Part shown: one piece after another, positions 1 to 13,500 of the stretch | Position numbering within the stretch: position 1 is the first letter of the stretch | How the letters are laid out: each line of letters starts with the position of its first letter | Assembly (NCBI GenBank): GCA_051362555.1 | Contig: CM120641.1 | Location: forward strand, 27,348,401-27,412,400 | From: Lingula anatina | Taxonomy: Eukaryota > Animalia > Brachiopoda | Direction: 5' to 3' | Length of the DNA: 64,000 nt | Made by a program: the position numbers and the translations under genes | The notes under the pieces: model-generated | What the model saw: only the letters and a program-made list of their open reading frames with translations | Told to the model about the DNA's origin: nothing | Database searches by the model: none

Positions 1-1159
1 GTGCCAACTGAAACCCTATTGAGAAAGATGTTTTTAAATTTAATGCCATCTTAGTTTTATATCAATACATATTAAACTTGTATTTATACAGAGTGAGCCT
101 GAATTGCAAAATAGTTACAAGTACTAGTACTAAATTTCAAAGAAACAGATAGTTTTGCCCAAAAATGTTACCTGTGTCACATTCAAGATTCTGAACTTTA
201 TTATAAAATTTGTAAACTTATAAAGTTGAACTTCATTTCATGTACAGATCTGTGCTCAATATTGGAACTTATAAACCTATAGAATATGATTCTGTACATA
301 GTGGTGGGCTTGGGACTTGAAAACAAATGAACTGAATATAAACAACTCTTTCTTATGCAACCCAGTACTAGTACATACGAAGGAATATATTTGGAGAGGA
401 AAATAAAAACTAAAAATATAACATAATTGACTTAATTACTAGTAGATACCAAATAGTTAAATGTAAAATGGAGTTTACTCTACCTAGCTATTCAGACCAC
501 TGAACAAAGCAGGATTGATTCATCTTCAACCAAAACATGTAGTCATTTATTGGAAGCGATTTGTAATTCCTTACATGCATTTGACGATTAATTGTATTGA
601 TCATTATGTCAGGAGTGCTCTTTGTTTTCTCTCTTTAATGTAGTGAAGCAGTTAGAACATGGTCGCAATGTAAAACTATCATGTAGGCAGAATTAGGTTT
701 TTCTTTGGAGCATCAGATATAAAACACAGTCTGTCCATTTCCTGTGGAAAAAAGTGGAAATGAATAACAATGCATGCTCTCGGATAGTTCAATGAGAATG
801 GTCACAGATAGGTTTCTGGTAATTTTCAGTGTTGAGCGGGATGTTGATGCGCTTCCTGTTATTGCCTGTTTTGTCTGTGTGGGATAACTTGCAAAGGGGC
901 CAGAAATCAATATATTGCTGTAATTCACTGATTTCCCAGCATGGTATTACTCGGATATAGATAAGCCAGTAACTGAAGGGAAACAAAAAGGATTAAGGAT
1001 AGATTTCTAAAGATCTGACTCCAGCATATTTTGAAAATATTACTGAGCTAGACTGATCTCATTTATTTTGAATGGGGTGTCTTATTAATAAAGATGAAAT
1101 TTATGTTTGATTTGCTTTGATGCATGTGTTTCTGAGGTGTCTTTTAATGTGGGTTTCAG

Positions 1160-1265
1160 GTGCTGTCTAGACAAACTACTACCTGAGAGTAGAAGCCCAT
1201 ATGTTGGTAGCTTCTACGTGAAAAAAGATGGAGAAGACACTCTTGCAACTAGCCATGCTTATTAG
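1160..1265 (+). CDS. Candidate upstream MPP7 exon (ATG 1228, MEKTLLQLAMLIR), phase 2 into exon 10479
   Basis: tttcag| acceptor at 1159/1160 and AG|gtaaat donor at 1265/1266. ATG1228-1265 is 38 nt and joins exon 10479-10573 in frame with the MPAAV start. Confidence 0.45.
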
Positions 1266-4200
1266 GTAAATATCAGCCGTAACATTTTTTTAAATTTTGA
1301 AACGGCACTGCCAAATATGAGAATGTAGGTATGATAAGCCTTTTTTCTCCTGTTTGATATTAGTGGGTAATATTGTACATTCTTGAAATTCATAAAATGC
1401 ATGATATCTAATGAATGAACTGTAGTTGCCACTAATAGATCTTGAAAAGATAATTAATATGCTTATACTGATAGTAATGCTAAAATGGTAAGAATTTCAC
1501 CTGTATTTTATGGACCAAAAATTCAAGTAACAAGTGTCAGATTGAAGCATGAATAATTGTGCAAACCAACAAGATACCACAAAGGAATTATGTGAACCTT
1601 ATTTCATTGTCTCCTGTGTCATTAATGATGTAGTGTTTTATTCTGTATGATTTGCATTAAGACATCTGCTTACTTAGTAAGCTGATTTACATGGAGACTA
1701 ATTGCATGCCTGGGTATATAAGTGCTTGACAGGTTAGCACATTTTATGAACTTCATGAATGTTGTGAGACTTGCACTGAAAGGAACTGCCTTTACATATG
1801 TTTCATATGTGATGTACCTTTGCTGGTACAGAAATGAGTGCTGCATTTGAGTAAAATACAATTTGTTTTTAATTTGATTGCAGAGGCACGTGAAACTTAA
1901 CCTAGCTGAAAGAATTTTGGCACATACAGGTGAGTGCAAAGAAGTCTACTAAGAGTGACAGCTAGGTAGAAGGGATGCAGAAGTATAACAAAACTGAGTG
2001 GGTCTATTTGTTACATTTTTTTTTTTTTTTTGTATATATACAGTTTTTCAACAAAATTTCCATTTGTAAATCAGGAAGGATACTTTAGATGTTCCCAGAC
2101 TTTTGCTAAATTATTTACTCTTTGGTCAGTATGATGATGGATTTATCGACACTTTTGGTATCTTAAGATTATGCATTTATCTAGAAAATTAAAACTATAA
2201 TTAACAGCAATGGGACTTATTGGGAATTCATTTATTTAAGGCTGAAATATGCAAATTCAGATATGTGCTATGGTATTATCATTCTGTGGTTACCATGTAC
2301 ACAGTGTGCCAACTGGCTCAATCTCAATCTTCATTTCCTTGCCATGTGCTTTTTTTTTACTTTCACATTTTTAAAGATTCCTTTTGATTTCATCCTATAA
2401 TGCTGATTTTTAAGTATATAATAATTTCAAATTGCAAAGATTTCAAATTGGTTCTGACAACATTTTATGAAACTAGTGGTCTGTTTTGTAGGTGCTGCAT
2501 TTATAAGTACTAGTGTATGTGTTTAGAGTTTTATTTGATTAGATATGTTTGGATACTGAAGGTTGTCTAGAATTAGAATTTGAACAGATGGCTGGCTAAG
2601 AGAGGATGATAAATAGTGATTAATTGGTAGAGGATATTTTGGGTTTGATGCAAGACTGCTTCCATATTAATCTACTAGCAGTGCATGTCCACTTGATCAG
2701 AAAATATGATTTATCCATATATACTGTAATGTAGGCATTAGCCATTTACAGACTGTGCCTAGTTGGGGAGAGAGAGAGAGGGATGTCTTGGGGGAGGGGT
2801 TCTTGGTGCATTTTACTGGATTGTCTGTAAATTTGTTGAGGAGTATGATTTCCCATACCCTTTATCATGCCAATAAATAGTCTAAAGTTGAGTGAACTTA
2901 CTAGAATGATAGTCGGTGAAATAGCTTTCATACTGTATATTTACCATCGATTTTCCACAGAGTCTTTATTATACTAGCGAAAATACAGCACATTACATTC
3001 TCTGGGCTAAAAAGAAATAATTTGGGGGGTGGAGTTAGGCCCATAGCCAGCAATTTCCCCAAAAATTGACCTTTTACAATGAAACCCTTGCGTACCTAGA
3101 TCAAATTTTACCCAGAATGGACCTTTTCCTGGCAAAAAAAGGGATTCTTTTGAACCCTTCATGGCTAGGGGTCTGTAGAATGCATTGCCTTAATCACAGA
3201 CCCAAAAAAAGAGAGAGATCGGGAAAATAGATGTATCCCCTCTTGGGAAATATGTGACAAGCAGAAAACCCATCTATTTCAGACAAGAATCTATTTTTCT
3301 CACTTAACAGCTTGTTGGACTATTGGGATATGTGCTTGGCATTAAACAGGATAGGCTCAAATCTAATAGTGTTGAAACTCCATCTTGCTCAGTGTAAATA
3401 CCTGGGGGAAATGGAAAGTAAGTCCGCTGTTAGCTTAAAAAGTGGGATTTAGCAGAAATTATATGCAAAATGGTACTTATACATCTTCATAAAACCTATA
3501 AGCAGACAAGATTTTTTCCAATTGGTAGAAATATAAGAGTTGTGCTTGCAAAACATAGTTCCATTATGACATCTTAACTGTAACATTAATACTATAACAT
3601 TTTTCCTTTATGTGCTCTTTTAATAAAAGTATGTGTTTAGGGCTGTTTTCCCCATAATGGTAACGTCTTTTCCTTTTCTTTACGTACTTCTGTACACACT
3701 TATTCAATTGACTGTAGGAAACATTAAGCACAGGTGCTAAATATGTTTTTCTAAGTGGATTTTAAAAATATAGAGTGAAGAAAATGTTTGAATAGTAAAA
3801 CACCCTGTGTTATAACATATAACATATAAATATACGCTGGGTTGTTTCCTTTAAAGGAAAAAATTATTTTATAATGCCTAAAAATAAATGAAAAGGTAAT
3901 GTCTAGTCATTTACTGTCTTTTTCTTAATATTTTGGAGTTACAGAAAGAAGCGTCAATTAACCCTACTGAAGTCATTGGTGCAAGATTAGATCTTTGACT
4001 AATGAATGAGACATCTTTGCAGTTGTTCATAAAGCATTTTGACATATTAAAACCAGGCATTCATCATTATCCCCAGCATATTTTGTTCTGTTTTAGGTGT
4101 ACACTTACTATACACAGGTGAACTAGCTTAGCCTTAGGCCTCAGATTGTGGTAGTTGGCATACCACAGGCATTGCTGTAGGTTTCATTCACACCATTTAA

Positions 4201-4480
4201 ACAGACTTTTTGTGGAAACCGTAATACTTGTAGCTTATATTTCTAAATATGTCAAGAAGTCTAAGATTCATTGAGGACTCTAAAATTTTATTTCTTTGTT
4301 CAGATTGGTCAAACCTGATATATTATGTAAAGAATAAGAGGCTTGATAGCAACCACCTGCTGTCCTATCTCCTTTATAATCTTGACCTCTGCTTATGTGC
4401 TGATGGCCAAACACAATGTTCTGACTGCTGAACTCAGGGAAGTTACATTGTACACCTTTGACATCATTTTAGATGAGTAA

Positions 4481-4917
4481 GACTGGGTTTCCATACCTAA
4501 ATCGATCCAAAAGGATCGATCCATCTCTGAGGGGTTCCTCACTAAATTGCTTTCAGCGTAAGTGGCTTAGATGTCTGGCACGCGTACTGAAGTTGCTAAA
4601 CAATAATTCATTACCCCCTATAGCAGCTTCAGTAGGCAGGACAGACATCTAAGCGGCTTAAGTTATTTGCAATTAGGTGATAATCCCCTCGGAGATAGAT
4701 CGATCCACAGTTAGTACAATAGCTGGGGTAGTGCTAACACTCGCCAATTTAGCCAAATGCTAAAACTTACTTAAATTGGCTAAATAAAAAGGGCTTAATT
4801 TGACTTGTTTTAGTCAAATTATAACCATTTTGATAACAAATTGACAAGAAAGTGGTGATTTGGCTAAGCGAATAATATTGCTAGCGCTACCCCAGAATAG
4901 GGTCTGGGAATGGTCCT
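4481..4917. mobile_element. Diverged GATCGATC-family MITE carrying a nested insertion
   Basis: TAA|GACTGGGTTTCCA.. left end matches the end of the 30937 copy. The right TIR remnant TCTGGGAATGGTCCT|TAA lies beyond the 4723-4895 insert. Confidence 0.6.
4723..4895. mobile_element. 173-bp MITE with CTGGGGTAG TIRs and 5-bp TSD (AATAG)
   Basis: CTGGGGTAGTGCTAACA..TGCTAGCGCTACCCCAG, with AATAG at 4718-22 and 4896-4900. Confidence 0.8.
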
Positions 4918-5854
4918 TAAAAACCCTCTACCCCCCAACTTCACACCCCACTACACCCCTCCCTACCCCACCCCACCCCTGTTTTGTTGATGACACCTAA
5001 GAAAGCATGCCATGTATTAAAGACTGATCAGATGATCCTACCTTTTCCATATATTTCAGAGAAATTATTTTCAATAACTTTGACCAAAAGATTTGCTTTT
5101 AACTGTTACAGTTTATAGGTTGTTAACACACCCACTGGTGTATTGTTCCATTAACTATTAAGTGGGCTTATATTGATTTATATATAGCCATGGGGATATT
5201 TATCTTTCAAAAATGTAAAGCTAGGGAGTATGGCTCTCACACAAAACAGCAAATATAAGTGGCATTTGTTGTTATACTAATAATTGGAAAATTTGGTATA
5301 AAGTAACTAGAGGGTTTCTCTTGTGAATTGTTAATGTTCAAAAGAAAATGGTCTGCTGAAAATGGTCTGATGTAATTTAGATAATTCCAATTGAGACCTG
5401 AATGGTAGATCTGTTTTTCATTGATTTATGGAATAACTAAAATTTGATGCATTCTCTCCAGCAATATATTGCCTTGAATAGAAAAAGTGATGGTAAGATG
5501 ATATCAGGAAAGTGTGCTGCAATCATGCTGTGCTGAAACTGTATTTTAGTCAAAAATCCCAAGCAAACAGCTGAAACAACCAAACTTTCTCAAGCTCGGC
5601 TGCCCTGTTGCCAACGAAATCGGAATTTCATAATTGGAAGTATAACAGCGTTCAATTATTCACCAAGAGGTCCGATGGTGTGCCTGTGTTCTCAAAGGAA
5701 ATTAGGTTGTTTATATCTGACAGCCAAGCTGTGTAACAGTTTTTGATGTCGGGGCAAGACGGCAGAGGTTGAAGCGAACCCAGAGCCGCAGAAGATGCTC
5801 CTTTCTCAGAGAACTATCTGTGGCAGCAGTTAATTCTCTCACCATTGATTAAGG

Positions 5855-5871
5855 ATGATCTCTAAGTACAG
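5855..5871 (+). CDS. Candidate alternative first exon of MPP7 (MISKYR), phase 2
   Basis: ATG ATC TCT AAG TAC AG|gtaatt, preceded by a locally CpG-containing stretch (~5590-5800). In frame with exon 10479. Confidence 0.35.
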
Positions 5872-7564
5872 GTAATTAGTGGTTACATCTCTTGCTCGAG
5901 GGAAACATTAACTTAAATCTTTAACAGCAGATGAGTAGATGCTGGCAGTGATTTTTGAATGCTCACTTCAGTAGACATGAGTAAATGTTTTGAATAAGGT
6001 GCGTGAGCTAGGTCAGCAAGATATAGGGAAACATATTCGCTATTGTTGTTCATTGTTTTGTTTTTGAGAAGAAACGGTAAAAAGGTAAAATATGTAGTAG
6101 CACATGTATAGTTGAGAGAAGTATTATTATGAGGAGGCATATTTATTGTCTGTAGCATAGTGCATGTGTGCAGTGTTCTTGTTTAAAAAACATACATATG
6201 ACATTGAGGTTAAAATTGATAACTTAATTAGTACTGCAGCCTTGAAGTTACTGCAGGAGAGGTTCTTTCCAGAATAAGCTATTCTGTTTATGATTTACCA
6301 CTTAAAGAAACATGACAAACTTTTATAGTATTGGCACATATTTGGAAGAGTTGGCATTTGTATACAGTAACAGTATAGCCGAAGTTTAAGATTGATGAAG
6401 TTTCACAAAAGCAAACTTCATCCATGGACACATGCTCCCACAGGTGAGGGTTGTTAACATACACAGGTGAACAGCAGGTAGGTGTAAAGGTGAACATATT
6501 TTGGTAATTTTCCTGAGATGCATGCTGTGTGTATTGACGCTTGGTTTTACATTTTCCATGAAAGACATGAAATAATGCACTCTGAAATATTGTTATTTCA
6601 AAATTTGGGTATGTTTTTAATATACGTAAGATGCACACTTATGGAAATAATGTGATTTACAGCAAATGTGTTGTGTTCTCTCTCTCTCTCTCATTGTGTG
6701 TGTTCTAAACATGTTACCATTGCACACTAGAAAAGGAAGGAAACATCTAGATAACAGTTAACAATAAAAAATGTCAGAATTCTTATCTTCACCAATGGCC
6801 TGCCTGTCTTTTCCTTTGAGAAAAACAAGGCTCTTCCTGTTTGCTTAGAGTAACTTTTCATAATGTGGCTGAACCATTTGGCCTATAACACTAAGCTATT
6901 AGTTTGCATCCCTTTTATGCATGGCTGGTGGAAAGACAGATTCCATTCTGCAGAGATGAATTTTACTGAACACTGGTATAATAGCATCAGAAAGAATTTT
7001 GCACATTCATGGCTTCATATTTTGTACTTCACAGATATATTAGCTATGAAATATTACATAATGATAATCTCTGGAAAATAACGTCAGCAAGGATAGTCTT
7101 GCTGATAACTCATTATTTCTTATAACTGACATTGAATTATAATGCCTTATTATATAATTTCATGACAACTCTTAGATCATTTTTGAAGAAGAAAGCTCAT
7201 ATTTCATCAGTTTCATTTAATGTATTTTAGAATATTTCTTATTAAGATTATAATGTTAATAGAAACACTTTTCCCCAGCTTTCAATCAACTGGTCCGGAT
7301 AAAAATCTTCATGACAAAATCATAATTAAAGCATAAATAGATCTTTTTAGTTGAAATATTTATAGATAATGATATTTTCTGTTCATTGATGTGTTACTGT
7401 TCACAATAGATGAGCTTCTTTCTTATGCAAATAAACTGCTGCGCCTTATATAGGAAAATGGAATGGCATCCTAAAACAGAGCAGAAATTCTTTATTTATT
7501 TATATCTTTAGCTAATGATAAAATGCCTTATTTGTTCTGTCTGGTAATCTTCTCTCAGGTAAAC

Positions 7565-7599
7565 ATATATATATATATATATATATTCTCTTCTCTCAG

Positions 7600-7691
<92 letters not shown>
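7565..7691. repeat. Compound (TA)n/(TG)n microsatellite
   Basis: Direct reading. It includes a duplicated TCTTCTCTCAGG spacer. Confidence 0.95.
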
Positions 7692-7695
<4 letters not shown>

Positions 7696-8636
7696 AATTC
7701 CTTTGGGCCAGTAAAGCTAAATCTGCTGTATTTAATTATTGGCTCAAAACCAGCCAGTCGGTGGTTATTTTTAAAAAGTCCATCTTATCAGTAAAAAGAG
7801 ATATGACCACTTGCTCAGGCCTGGCAAAATTTTGAAACCATGCTAAATGTTTTTATGACCAAGTGCAAAAAAAAAAAAAAAACATCTGCAGACAAATTTT
7901 TATATGGAAGACTGCCATAGAAATTTTCTTCAGAGAAAAAAATAAACAGCTCACAAATTTGTGTTTATACGAGAGAGTCACATGTAGGTTTGACATTTGA
8001 TTTAGATAAACAGTTGGCTTCAAATATTGTAAGGGTTTGTCAGTACTTGCATTCTTTGAAAGTAAGTAACTTGTATCTCTGTCAGTGATTTCAGATTAAA
8101 CAAACTCTCCTGAAAACATAAAGGTGTAAATTAAGTGAAAACTCCACATTCATTTGGAATGGCCCTCAGGTCTGCTTTCCTATTATTATTCAACAGTTCC
8201 ACTTTGATCAGTCAATTACATGGACGGGTAAATTGAAAGGAAATCTCTTTGACATCCTGACTGATAGATGGAGGAAATGAACATGGATATCTGAAAGTGC
8301 CAGTATTTTATTGTTGTGACATTCACAAGCTCTCTCTTATTTCTACCATTATCAGTGTTGTGCTCCAGTTACAGCTTATACAATTTGCAGAAAGTACCAC
8401 AACTGGCCCCTGGAAGTATAGGGTGTTTTCTTAGATGTAGGATGTTTAGGTTGTAGAGGAAAGAGCCAGCATTTATGCTCTCTGTCCTTTTCAATGTGCA
8501 TTAATAACACACATGTAAACCAACGCAGTTCAAAGTCCAACTTTGCTTGGTTTGGGCTTAGTTTCACTTGGGCGCAGTTTGTGCAGTTGAGAAGGAAGAC
8601 GAAATACATGGAAATAGATTTTTGCCGTGCCCAAGG

Positions 8637-8725
8637 ATGGCAGCATACTCCTATTTGCAGTGTCAGGTTGCGCTGATTTTGGAAAATGAGAGGTGTCAAA
8701 GAGCAAAGGGAGAAGTAGCAAAAAG
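8637..8725 (+). CDS. Candidate alternative first exon of MPP7 (MAAYSYLQCQVALILENERCQRAKGEVAKR), phase 2
   Basis: ggATGG start context, 89-nt open frame ending AAAAG|gttggt, in frame with exon 10479. Confidence 0.4.
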
Positions 8726-10527
8726 GTTGGTTAATTTAGAGTCTTTTTGATCGAAACCTCGAGCAGAAGTTTCTGGTTTTCAAAAACTAGTAGTTTCAGT
8801 TGGGTATTCCATTACTGAATTAAAGCATGATTTTCAGCCACGGGAAAGCAAGGCCTAGGTACATTTGCAAATAAAATGCTTCTGCAGCACTTACTAGAAG
8901 TATTTACGCTGAACCAAAGCTGTCAAGTGAATATTTCCTCTCTTTTCACACAAAAAAGTGAAGCATAGGAATAGATTAACATGATATTGAATTCTTTAAA
9001 TCAAAACTACATTCACCATTTACTTGTTTAATGATCTTCCTGTACATTTTTATATTCTGAAGTATGTAATGTGTCAAGCCTCTTTCTAATGAAGTAATTT
9101 TTGAAGGCCAACAAACAACAAGAACATAATTGCAATTGATAAGTGCCACCAGGAAAAGACTGTTGTTCCTGCATTAAAGATGAATATGCTGAATGTTTTA
9201 TAACAACCTGTGCAGTAATTGCATCAGTAAATGAAATATCTTAATTTCAGCAGTGGAGTTTTGGTGCATTTCATTGAAGTATTTATCAAATACTTAATGG
9301 TGGCGTATGAGAGCCATATATGGCACATGTGAGGGGGTACAATATGTCTGTTTTGGAGAGAGAGAGAGAAAGAGAGAGTGAGAGAGAGAGAGAGAGAAAG
9401 AAAGAGAAAGCAATATATTGCTCAGTGGTGTAAACATATCCATGTATATATAGATGCATTGTCCTTTTCTGAGCATTTGCGATTGGAACCAAGCAGGTGT
9501 GTGAGTATGTTATCTGGACACTGCTGTCTTTTATCATTGTAAACCAAGAATTCTGCTGTGTTTTCCTTGTTAATTCTTTACAACTGTCCAGAATACTCCC
9601 TTTACCATTCTTCCGGAATGAATGTTGTCTTAGTAATAAATATATTTATGCCTCTCCCTTTTTGTGAATACACAAATGTGCAAATCAGTGCAAACAAACT
9701 TTTTCTGTGACAGCACAAAAGATGGTTGTTTATTTTGTGGTAGCAGTGGAAGTGGTTGGGTCATGTGTTATATCATGGTTCAGGGATGGGACGATTTTGT
9801 TTATGGTGCATCAGAGGCACTAATGCATGCCAAAAACTTTTTGTCGTTGGAAACAAAAAAAATTTTTTTTGGGGGGGGGATGTGGTTTATTTCACATACT
9901 AGCACCAGTAAACAGTGTAATTAAAACCTTACAGTAAATATGGGACAATCTGTGTTGTGTTTAAGGAGAAGTTATGTCTCTATTAAGAAAAAAGGTTAAT
10001 CAGGATACAGGGGTATATTTTGTAATTTAACTTAATGATAAAGTTAAAACTTGTAATCGTTGCTTTATACCTCTGAGAAATGCAATGGTTACATTACCCA
10101 TTGATTACAGAAGACTTAAATGTAATTTAATTTGATAATATGCTGTTTTAGTTAAGATTTTTTATGATCAGAAACTTATCTGATTGTATATGATGTTAAA
10201 GAACTTGAAAGTCTTTCTTTTTCTTTTTTTTTAAAGTTTCTTTATCATTTGCATTAAAGTAGTATCTTTAATATGATCAGTAACATTTTTAATGAGAAAA
10301 CCACTTTTAAAGTGTTAATCATCTCAAATTCATGACACTAAAAAGTTGGTTTCTAAGATTTTACGTTTGGCAAATTTATGGCATCACGTTCTGCTTTCAT
10401 GTCCATGTTTTTGTGCTATGCTAGGAGCCGTGTTTAAAATGTCCAAAAGAGTGAGCAACAATGTTGGATTTATTGCAGGTTGAAGAAGGCAGGTGGTTCC
10501 AGAAAGCAGACCTCCCTGTGCTGCGTC

Positions 10528-13500
10528 ATGCCTGCTGCAGTGAATAACACCAGACAAGGGGGACCAGAGCCTGGTGAGAACGAAATTTATTTATTTATTT
10601 ATTTATTTATTTAGTGGCAGGGGAGGGGTTGTACAAAATCAAAATGATTGTTTATTGAGTTGTAAAAAATGACCAAGTTAAACTCAAATTTGACAGGGGG
10701 ATTAGATTAGTCGACAGGAAATGTATATGTTGATTAATTGTAAAAATAATTAAATAGAATGTTAAAATTATCATTGTGTGAAGTGTTCCTGTATTCAACA
10801 GGTTGTGATTTTTTAACATTTTAAATGTTGGAGTGGATAAAGCAGTCACCCTAGAAAAGCACATTATTTGTTTTCTTTAAGGTGCCAGAGGTTTTCATTT
10901 CTGTTTTTTGCCTTCGAGGATAACAACACTGAATGTATTCAATCAGGCTCGACTGATCATAATTTAAACATATTGATCATTATGCAGCCAAGCAGGTGTT
11001 ATGAAATTGATTGATAACCGCAGGAGAGGGCAAAATTGAAGAAAGGTGTGCTGTTAAAAGTGGTCAAGTGCTTAAGAAGGGTCAGTTGGTGGTATTTTGT
11101 GAAAACGTTTTTTTTTTTTTTTTCAGGAGTGCAGCGTCTGCTGAAATCTCTGGATCAGATCAGCAGCAGAGGCACAGGCAAAGAGAAGGATCTTATGTTT
11201 TTGAGAGGAATGTTTCAGAGTCAGGACCTCCAGGCCTTATTACAGGTGAACAATACATTAAACCAAGTAACAAGTGATAAACAAAGCCTATTTCAAAAAT
11301 TAAGAAAAAGTTCGAGTTAAAAATAATAAATGTATGAGGTTATCTTTACCTGTGAAAATAAAAGGGAGAGGTTTATTACCAAATACTTGAAAAAAAAAAA
11401 GCTGAGTAATTGGCAACTTGGAACAGGTGGCCTACCTAATGAAGACATGACTTGTGTTATCATTATATTTGTTGAACCACAGGTGTGAATGAAAAACAAG
11501 AGGCAGTTTGCATTAGGATAATAATAGGATATACTTACTGGCTGAAGAACTGAAGCGTCAGTGGCAATGCCAGAATGTTATGATAAGAGCTAATTTGTAA
11601 ATGTATACTTTCATAATCTAGTTCTTCATTATTGTAGCAGAATATTTAATGTTGGGCGTTGACATTTTTTTTACCCAGCATTATTTTGTAGGCTAGCTTA
11701 ATTAAATATTTTTCTACCTATATGTAACTGTTTTTGCATTCTGTATCAATTTTTACAAAGGTGGTGATTAATAGGAGTACTTGCCAGTCAGCCAATGTCA
11801 GTATATTTCTATTCTGTACCTCTTTTTTTTTTCTTATGTCATTTGATAACATTTCCATGCCCAATTTAATGGGAAGTGATCAAATTATAAAAAAGTTGTG
11901 CACCTCATTAGTATGATAATTTGATAATATCACATATTCCTCATAGGTCCACCACAAAGTGTCTTCCCAAGAACACCTGGACCTCAAACCTATGGCCAGA
12001 AATAGCTTCCAGATTGCTGCTCAGGTATACATAACACTATATGGTAGTGTACAGTTCAGGAGTTTACAAGTAACACACAGTTTTTGGCGGAGTTGTCAGC
12101 GTTGGCTTATGCCATCATATAATACATGCCAGTTCATTATGTAGATGTTTAACATCTTGAGATAAAAAGGACAAGTTATATAGTTGTCTCTTAATGTATT
12201 CAGGCCTGTAGACAGGGGACTTTGGAAGGGGGGTGTATGAACTTCCCCTTTAGCCAGTAAACATCCTTCTTTCCAAATAGGTTCTCACATTGGCTAGATT
12301 AGAGAGATAAGATGGTACACTTTTTCAGAAAAAGACACCCCCCTCTCAACTTTTGAACTTATGAAGTTGCATGCCTGTCAGTATAATGCTGTTGGTTTTG
12401 TACATGTCAGCATTTACCCAGACAGGGAATGTGTGATATTTGAATTATCCGGATCAGCTTCAGTGCAGTATGAAAGAGATGCACTATTGCCCATCCTATG
12501 TAGTTGACAGTGCTCTCTCTGAATAATGGCCATCTGGTCCTGAACAAAGACTGCATTGGTCTAAATCAACTAAATCAGTACTTGCTTTATGGGCTCAGTC
12601 ATGCAGCAGTAACAACTACATTGTGAACGATGGATTGATTGATTATCAATGTTAACTATCAGTTGTACCCGGTGCAGTGCTTCACTGGTGGTGGTTACAG
12701 TACATGATTGCGTTGAATGGAAGCTTTTCAGCTGGCTATACAGTGAGATGAAACTTAATGTTGTCTTTGCAATATTGTAAACATTGGCTTCTGAATTTGA
12801 AATCATGTTCCTTGCAAATTGATAAGAAATCACTCTATAAAATGAGTGTCTTGATAAGGTTTAAAGACTCCTTCTAAAAAAAACTTTGGTTTGTGGATGC
12901 TTACTTTTGCTTTATTATTATTATTTATCATATTTTATATTTCTCACCTCAAAAAGCTCTTTGCAAGTTCACAATTATAGTTAAATATATGTGCACTCTT
13001 CCTGGGGAAGGTCCCAGTATCTTATTTCATTCATGTGTGTGTGTGTTCCCTGTACTGTAGGTCTATGATGAGCTGAGGACGCATCCCCTGACCTCTGAGG
13101 TTAGACAGCTGCTAGATCTGTTACTCAGTCCACACTTTAAGGTAGATACATTTCACTTTTATATGGTATTTCAATGTTATTTTGAGATATAAAGCAGTGT
13201 GAACCAAATAAAGGGTGTTTGAATGCGTAAGGGGTATTTGAATAAAAACAAAAAAATAGCGAATAACTTGGAGGAAAATTTAGTATTTTTTAGTCATAAA
13301 TCAGAATTTTGGATTTTTTTTTTTTTTTTTGCCCAAGTTAGTAATACAAATCAAAGCAGTAATCACCTTTGTCTGACAGTAAATTATATTAAATTTTACT
13401 ACTGGGCTGGATGAAACTGTAAATATTATGTTCCCATTGAAGGCTTTGCTGACAGCCCAAGACAAAGTTGCCTGCCAGGACTATGTGCCACAACTGCCTT

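Noticed and set aside
7440-7558. Donor CAG|gtaaac as another coding first exon of MPP7
   Set aside because: The phase-2 frame has a TAA just upstream, so it is at most a non-coding exon. The duplicated 12-mer beside the microsatellite may be slippage or an assembly artefact.
7600-7835. ORFs with YIYIYI/CVCV runs (also 36180-36488, 62983-63397, 9286-9537)
   Set aside because: These are translations of microsatellites, not genes.
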